This document shows positions 27,176 to 32,000 of a stretch of DNA of 32,000 nt, in pieces (position 1 is the stretch's first letter; each line of letters opens with the position of its first letter). Position numbers and translations under genes: made by a program. The stretch covers positions 930,001-962,000 of the forward strand of contig NC_017448.1 of the NCBI RefSeq assembly GCF_000146505.1, in the 5' to 3' direction. Under the pieces are notes generated by a model. The model was given only the letters and a program-made list of their open reading frames with translations. It was not told the DNA's origin and ran no database searches. Source of the DNA: Fibrobacter succinogenes subsp. succinogenes S85 (GTDB lineage: Bacteria; Fibrobacterota; Fibrobacteria; Fibrobacterales; Fibrobacteraceae).

Positions 27176-27874
27176 CTAGCGCGACACAAAGCGTTCCAAG
27201 AATTCCGCGAACGCACGACCATAGCGGTCAAACAAATGTTCTAGCGACATGCGCGGGAGTTCAAGCGTCACGCATTCCAAGTTACGTTCACCACACCACG
27301 TCCCGAAGCTCCCCGGCGTTTTATACCCAATATCCGGCAACCAAGGCAAGTTGAACGCATTCATCACGCCCTCAACAAGCGATGTTTTTTGCGGGGCATC
27401 GACGCATGCTATCGGGGCATGCATCGCAAGCACGCTCGCAGGCTTCAGCTTTTCAATTAACGCGACAAGCGCTTGCGTTTCCGGTTCGCTCCCTGCAAAT
27501 GCTCCCGGCAATAAAAGCGTATCGCGAGGCGCTTCAAGAATTGAGCGTGAACCGACCTTTTCCGTTGAGAAGTTCTGCGTCTTGAAATTGCGGTTCAAGT
27601 CCACGCCGTTCGCGTTTCCGCGCGTTCCAAGAGCAGCTCCGTCCGGATTGGCGCACAGAATAAAAGCAATAGAATCAAAAGGCTCGTCAAAAGCACGAAG
27701 CACACGGCTCAAGAGGAACGTCGTCTCCGGCTCTTCGCCGTGAATCCCAGCCATTACAAGCAACTTGCATTCGCTCTTGCACGGGTAGTACAGCAGTGGA
27801 GCGCCCAGCACAGAGCGTCCATATTCAAGAGAAGGCAACCGGATAATACCGCGGGATTCGGGAGAATAGTTCAT
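27176..27874 (-). CDS. M14-family murein peptide amidase (MpaA-like gamma-D-Glu-Dap amidase)
   Basis: 232 aa. It has the zinc motif GIHGEEPET, CANPDG, RGNANGVDLNRNF, and the third ligand region LAMHAP. Confidence 0.75.
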   Translation of the reverse strand: MNYSPESRGIIRLPSLEYGRSVLGAPLLYYPCKSECKLLVMAGIHGEEPETTFLLSRVLRAFDEPFDSIAFILCANPDGAALGTRGNANGVDLNRNFKTQNFSTEKVGSRSILEAPRDTLLLPGAFAGSEPETQALVALIEKLKPASVLAMHAPIACVDAPQKTSLVEGVMNAFNLPWLPDIGYKTPGSFGTWCGERNLECVTLELPRMSLEHLFDRYGRAFAEFLERFVSR

Positions 27875-27971
27875 AGTAGATAGTTGGCAGAACTTAGTTG
27901 GCAGAGCTTAGAGAGAAGAGTTATGTTCTAAGATCTAAGTTCTAAGAGCGAAGCGAGCTAAGTTCTAAATA
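27874..27971. repeat. Stop-rich repeat block: a 14-mer x2 (TAGTTGGCAGAACT / TAGTTGGCAGAGCT) plus CTAAG-type heptads
   Basis: The 14-mers lie at 27881-27908. TTCTAAG ATCTAAG TTCTAAG lies at 27927-27947, with further units at 27958 and 27965. The stop of the M15 gene (complement of 27965-27967) is one unit of the array. Confidence 0.8.
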
Positions 27972-28645
27972 AAGTAAGGATAGATGTAATCCTCCGCGAG
28001 CTGCGGGAGATTCACCAGTACAGCGCGTTTGCATTCCATATCCGAGCGTTCATAGATGCTCCGCAGTGTGTCTAGCGAAAAATGCTCCAAGCGCTTACGC
28101 GATGTCGGCAAGTGCGCAATGTGCCAGCCTTCAGGCTTGATTTTCCCGCACCCGGGAATAAACACACGGCTAAAGCCAAACGATGTATCAGCCTCCATCC
28201 GGGACGTCAAAAAAGCATGGAACTTTGCAAACATGCCACTGCACTCCGCGGGCGTGAGCTCAACCTCATAGCCCTCCGGGCATGCAGCTCCATCGACCAC
28301 GTCGATGTCCGTCCCCAGATGGTGACGGCTCGCCCCCGGCAATGCCGACCATGTGAGAATCGCATACATCAGCTCTTCTTCGTCTTTCGGGCGTTCCATC
28401 GGCTCGCCCTTTTCATTCAAGAGCTTGAGTTCGCCACGCGCCTTGCGATTCCAAATTGAGAGTTGCTTTTCAAACGAACGGTACGCCGATTCAATACGCA
28501 GCACAAAACCATTCACCTTGACTTCGTTTGACAGAGCACGCAAATCATCCACAATTTCGCGATCTACAAAGTATCCCGGCTGGAATTCCACCAAGTCAGG
28601 CGTACCAAGGCCATAGGGCAACAAATCCTGAGACAAGTCCGTCAT
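27965..28645 (-). CDS. M15-family (VanY/LdcB-like) D,D- or L,D-carboxypeptidase
   Basis: It has the motifs SAYRSFEKQ, GASRHHLGTDIDV and EGWHIAH. Its start overlaps the ruvC stop by 4 nt (ATGA). Confidence 0.75.
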   Translation of the reverse strand: MTDLSQDLLPYGLGTPDLVEFQPGYFVDREIVDDLRALSNEVKVNGFVLRIESAYRSFEKQLSIWNRKARGELKLLNEKGEPMERPKDEEELMYAILTWSALPGASRHHLGTDIDVVDGAACPEGYEVELTPAECSGMFAKFHAFLTSRMEADTSFGFSRVFIPGCGKIKPEGWHIAHLPTSRKRLEHFSLDTLRSIYERSDMECKRAVLVNLPQLAEDYIYPYFI

Positions 28646-29211
28646 TGAATCGTCCCTCCCATTTTTTCAATCAAGTCTTTCCATTGCTGCACCGTCGTTT
28701 TCTTTTTGGGCTTCGACTTTTTACCCAAAAGCGACTGCGCCAACGGAGCCGGATTCGCATGAGTCCACGCAATCGCTAGCGCATCCGAAGCATCAAGCGG
28801 GAGATCCCCGCCAACAATTCCCAAATGCGCAAAAATCATGTTCGCCACATGTTCCTTCGAGGCGGCGCCATTGCCTGTCACGGCCTGCTTCACAACTTTC
28901 GGTGGGTATTCCTCGTACGTCATTCCGCGACGGTGGCACGCCACAAGAATCGCCCCGCGGATATGCCCAAGCACCAAGGCGCTCTTCACGTTCTTTGCAA
29001 AGAACACGCCTTCCATCGCAAGCGCATCCGGGTGGTAATGGTCCAGGCGTTTTTCGAGCTCCGTCACGATATGCACAAGCCTATCTTCGAGATTTTTGGT
29101 GGCATTCGCATGGAACGTGCCATATTCCAGCACCTGAATTTGGTTGCCAGTCTTTTTCAAGAACGCATATCCGGTCGTAATCGAGCCCGGGTCAATACCA
29201 AGAATAACCAT
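28642..29211 (-). CDS. ruvC: Crossover junction endodeoxyribonuclease RuvC
   Basis: It shows MVILGIDPGSITTGYAF...LAMEGVFFAKNVKSALVLGHIRG...VKQAVTGNGAASKEHV...ASDALAIAWTHA, plus a Lys-rich C-terminal extension. Confidence 0.9.
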   Translation of the reverse strand: MVILGIDPGSITTGYAFLKKTGNQIQVLEYGTFHANATKNLEDRLVHIVTELEKRLDHYHPDALAMEGVFFAKNVKSALVLGHIRGAILVACHRRGMTYEEYPPKVVKQAVTGNGAASKEHVANMIFAHLGIVGGDLPLDASDALAIAWTHANPAPLAQSLLGKKSKPKKKTTVQQWKDLIEKMGGTIQ

Positions 29212-29301
29212 ATTCCAAAAAATAGATAAAATTGCTTTTTTTTCAAAAAAAACGCATTTACGGGAGCGTACTTTATTAGATTTCTCTTATAGGAGGCCGC
29301 A

Positions 29302-31185
29302 ATGCTGATTGATCAAGAACATGCAGAGTATATGAGAACTAAAGCTCACCCGAGGCAGTTGGGAATTCCCCTGAGCCGTTGGGGGCGTAACCTTATCGCC
29401 TGCTGTCCGTTCCACGCTCCAGAAGAAACATCGCTGTTTTTCTACGACGCGCTAGGTTACTGGCGCTACCGCTGTCTCCAATGTGGTGCAGAAGGCGACT
29501 TGGTCGATTTTTTGATGAAGAGCCGTTTCAACGGCGTGGACGAACAGACCGCCCGTTCCGAAGCCTTTGAATTCCTCGGCGCACTCGACAAGGATCTCGT
29601 AAACAATCAGGATAGCGAACACCCGTGGGTCAAGGAAGTCGGTGGCGAAAAGTCCAAAGTGCTCGAATGCTTTGTACGTTACTGCCACTGGGCCGCCTGC
29701 AAGAGCCCCTCTTCGGCAAAGTTCCTCGAAGCCCGTGGCTGGAGCATTGGCCAAGCCCAACTTTACGGTCTCGGTTACTACAGCGGCGACCCGGAACCGT
29801 TCATCAGCTACTGCATGCTCTCCGGTATCGAACGCCACCAGATCAGTTTTTACCTCGACAACCTCGAAGCGTATCACGAACCGCGAATTACCATTCCGGC
29901 CCGCAATTCCAAGGGATTTATCCATTCCGTTTACGGTAGACTCATCGACGATAACGAAAAGAGCCATACCTACATCACGTATGCTTCCGGCCCGACCGTT
30001 ATTCCGTTCAACATCCAGGCAGATAGCGAAAACCCCATTATCGTGCAAGGTTTCTTTGATGCGCTCACGGCGGACCTCGCCGGCATCCCAGGCGTTGTCT
30101 CCACGATGTTCCAGGAACTGAACGTCAACCACCTGTACAAACTCAAGGCTTGCGGGGCCGAATCATTCACAGTTATTTTGCGCCGCGAAGAAGACCGTCG
30201 CAACCAGGAACTCAAGATTCAAAAATACTTGAAGCTCGCCGAACAGATGCACATGAGCCTCAAGTCCATTGTGCTCCCGAAGGACGAATCCGTTGATACG
30301 TTTGTCCGCAAGAACGGCGCCGACCAGCTCATCGACCTCATCGCCAATACCGAAGTCGATACCATTCATTCGCACCGCCGCTCCATGCTGTTGCAGGACA
30401 TCAAGGAAAACTTCGATACCGCAATGGCATGCCCGCCTGACCAGAGCGTGGGCTACAAGCTCAGCACATTCCCGAAGCTCACCAAGGAAATCGACGGTGT
30501 GCAGTCGGGATGTTTCTTTGTTTCGTCTCAGCCGTTCGGCCTCAAGACATTCTTGCTTTCAAGCCTCACGCTTGACCTCATCGAAAGCAATCCAAACCTC
30601 AAGGTCATTTACGTGGCCTATGAAACACCGCGCCGCCAAATCTTTGACCGCTTCGTTTCCATGCTCATCGGTGAATCGATTTTGAACGTCCGCAAGCAGA
30701 ATGCAGACAACGAAATCAACAAAAAGATTACGGAAGCTACACGCGACCTGATGGCTTACGTGCGCAACAACCGTCTCGAAATCTGGGACGACATGCCTTC
30801 GCTCGACTTTAACGACTTGCTCAAGACACTTAGCCAGGAACTCAAGGACCATCCGGACTTGATTCTCGTGATTGACGGTATCGACCACATGAAGATTACC
30901 GACCGCCCGGAACTCCCGGACATCCACGAGAAGCGTTCGTCCATCATGCTCGACTTGTACAAGGCTCTCGACATCCCGATATTCCTCGGTGGCGAACTCA
31001 TCGATTCCAACATGGGACTCCTTGGCCCGCGTGCATACCTCCGCGATTCTGACGCCATTTACTGGCTTACCGAAAAGGATGGCGCATTGAATCTCTCCGT
31101 AGATTCCAAGCGTATGGGCACAAGCCGCGTGTACGAAGACAAGATTTTGATTGACCCACAATCTAGCCGCATGAAAGAAGCTTAA
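29302..31185 (+). CDS. DnaG-like zinc-finger/primase-Toprim region fused to a DnaB/gp4-like RecA-fold domain, with non-canonical catalytic motifs
   Basis: An AGGAGG SD sits 5 nt upstream. The CHC2 zinc finger is CPFHAPEETSLFF...YRCLQCGAEGDLVDFLM (29401-29484). The Toprim-like region reads IIVQGFFD (Q codon at 30046-30048)...VILRREEDRR...LPKDESVDTFVRKNG. The DnaB_C-like region reads SSQPFGLKT (30523-30549)...VAYET...LILVIDGIDHM. Confidence 0.7.
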   Translation: MLIDQEHAEYMRTKAHPRQLGIPLSRWGRNLIACCPFHAPEETSLFFYDALGYWRYRCLQCGAEGDLVDFLMKSRFNGVDEQTARSEAFEFLGALDKDLVNNQDSEHPWVKEVGGEKSKVLECFVRYCHWAACKSPSSAKFLEARGWSIGQAQLYGLGYYSGDPEPFISYCMLSGIERHQISFYLDNLEAYHEPRITIPARNSKGFIHSVYGRLIDDNEKSHTYITYASGPTVIPFNIQADSENPIIVQGFFDALTADLAGIPGVVSTMFQELNVNHLYKLKACGAESFTVILRREEDRRNQELKIQKYLKLAEQMHMSLKSIVLPKDESVDTFVRKNGADQLIDLIANTEVDTIHSHRRSMLLQDIKENFDTAMACPPDQSVGYKLSTFPKLTKEIDGVQSGCFFVSSQPFGLKTFLLSSLTLDLIESNPNLKVIYVAYETPRRQIFDRFVSMLIGESILNVRKQNADNEINKKITEATRDLMAYVRNNRLEIWDDMPSLDFNDLLKTLSQELKDHPDLILVIDGIDHMKITDRPELPDIHEKRSSIMLDLYKALDIPIFLGGELIDSNMGLLGPRAYLRDSDAIYWLTEKDGALNLSVDSKRMGTSRVYEDKILIDPQSSRMKEA

Positions 31186-32000
31186 TGTTTACCATTGTCG
31201 ATTTTAACAACTTCTGGAGTCCGTCAGGAGGCGGAGTCCGCCGTTACCATTTGCAGAAAATGGCGTTTTATGAACGCCAAAACGAAGTCCGTTCCGTCTT
31301 CGTGATGCCATCAGCAAGCACTTATACCGAAACACGAAGCGATGGCTTGATTATCGAACATGTGGAAGCATTCCGATTCCCCGGCAACTGGGAATACCGC
31401 TTTATGTGGAAGTCCAAACAAATTCGCCCGATTCTCGAGAAGTACAAACCGGACGTGATTGAAGTGGGTTCACCCTACATTTTGCCCTCGGCCGTGCGCC
31501 GCATTGCAAAAAAAGTTGTCCCCAACGCTGCACTGTTCAGCTTTTGGCATGCCGACTTCCCCGTGACTTACGTGGGGCGCCCCATCGCCAAAAAATTCGG
31601 CACAAGCGTAGGCGTTCTTTCCCGCAGAATAGCATTCTGGTACGCCAAACAGGAATTTAAAAACTACGATTGCGTACAAGCGTCTTCGAAAGAAGCGATG
31701 GCTCGCCTCAAGAAGAACGGACTCCCCGACCCGCGTTGGATTCCGCTCGGTTGCGACATCGAAACTTTCTCGCCAAGCCGCCGTGACGAAGCACTCGTGA
31801 ACGAACTCAAGGATGGCGATCCGAACCGCCTCACGATATTCTTCCCGCACAGGCATTGCAATGAAAAAGGCATTGACCTTGTTCTTGGCGCTTACGACAT
31901 TTTGACGCAAAAACTCGGACACGAGCCCGCCATCATCTTTGCAGGCACGGGCCCAAGCCTCCCGCTCGTGCAAGAAGCAGCCGCAAAATACAAGCACGTA
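31185..32000 (+). CDS. GT-B fold glycosyltransferase (family 4-like), N-terminal 272 aa; continues past the window end
   Basis: Its ATG overlaps the preceding stop (TAATG). MFTIVDFNNFWSPSGGGVRRYHLQKM...KPDVIEVGSPYILP... is a typical GT4 N-terminal domain. It is not in the track because it is open-ended. Confidence 0.7.
   Translation, partial: MFTIVDFNNFWSPSGGGVRRYHLQKMAFYERQNEVRSVFVMPSASTYTETRSDGLIIEHVEAFRFPGNWEYRFMWKSKQIRPILEKYKPDVIEVGSPYILPSAVRRIAKKVVPNAALFSFWHADFPVTYVGRPIAKKFGTSVGVLSRRIAFWYAKQEFKNYDCVQASSKEAMARLKKNGLPDPRWIPLGCDIETFSPSRRDEALVNELKDGDPNRLTIFFPHRHCNEKGIDLVLGAYDILTQKLGHEPAIIFAGTGPSLPLVQEAAAKYKHV

Noticed and set aside
29452-31161. Minus-strand ORFs (226 aa, 200 aa, 100 aa) inside the DnaG-like gene
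   Set aside because: They are antisense shadows of a frame with an unmistakable CHC2 zinc finger and DnaB-like motifs.

Overview
This window looks like ordinary bacterial chromosome: about 30 genes on both strands, roughly 90% coding, and no obvious composition break. I saw no rRNA, tRNA, CRISPR array, transposase or integrase. The protein set and the odd intergenic 'stutter' sequences remind me of a Fibrobacter-like (FCB group) genome, but that attribution is from memory and unverified.

Confident housekeeping calls are cysE, nth, glnS, thiC behind a TPP riboswitch, pssA and ruvC. Other supported genes are a C-N hydrolase, a maltokinase-like kinase, an EamA/DMT transporter, an NhaC-type antiporter, and a family-5 ABC solute-binding lipoprotein. 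There is also a LysM / histidine kinase / OmpR-type regulator / beta-propeller operon and two murein-peptide peptidases (M15 and an MpaA-like M14).

The most unusual content is as follows:
1. Two unrelated primase-helicase-type fusion genes with eroded or non-canonical catalytic motifs and no mobile-element context. One is a RepB-prime/AEP-like core fused to an AAA_25-like ATPase at 14526-16307. The other is a DnaG zinc-finger/Toprim-like region fused to a DnaB-like domain at 29302-31185.
2. A TrmA/RumA-fold protein immediately downstream of the first fusion in which every catalytic and SAM-binding motif appears substituted.
3. A dispersed family of imperfect tandem heptanucleotide repeats in intergenic regions. 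Their units carry TAG or TAA, so three units close all three reading frames. In several cases the gene's real stop codon is the first unit of the array.

All homology statements are by-eye motif reading and need profile or structure searches.
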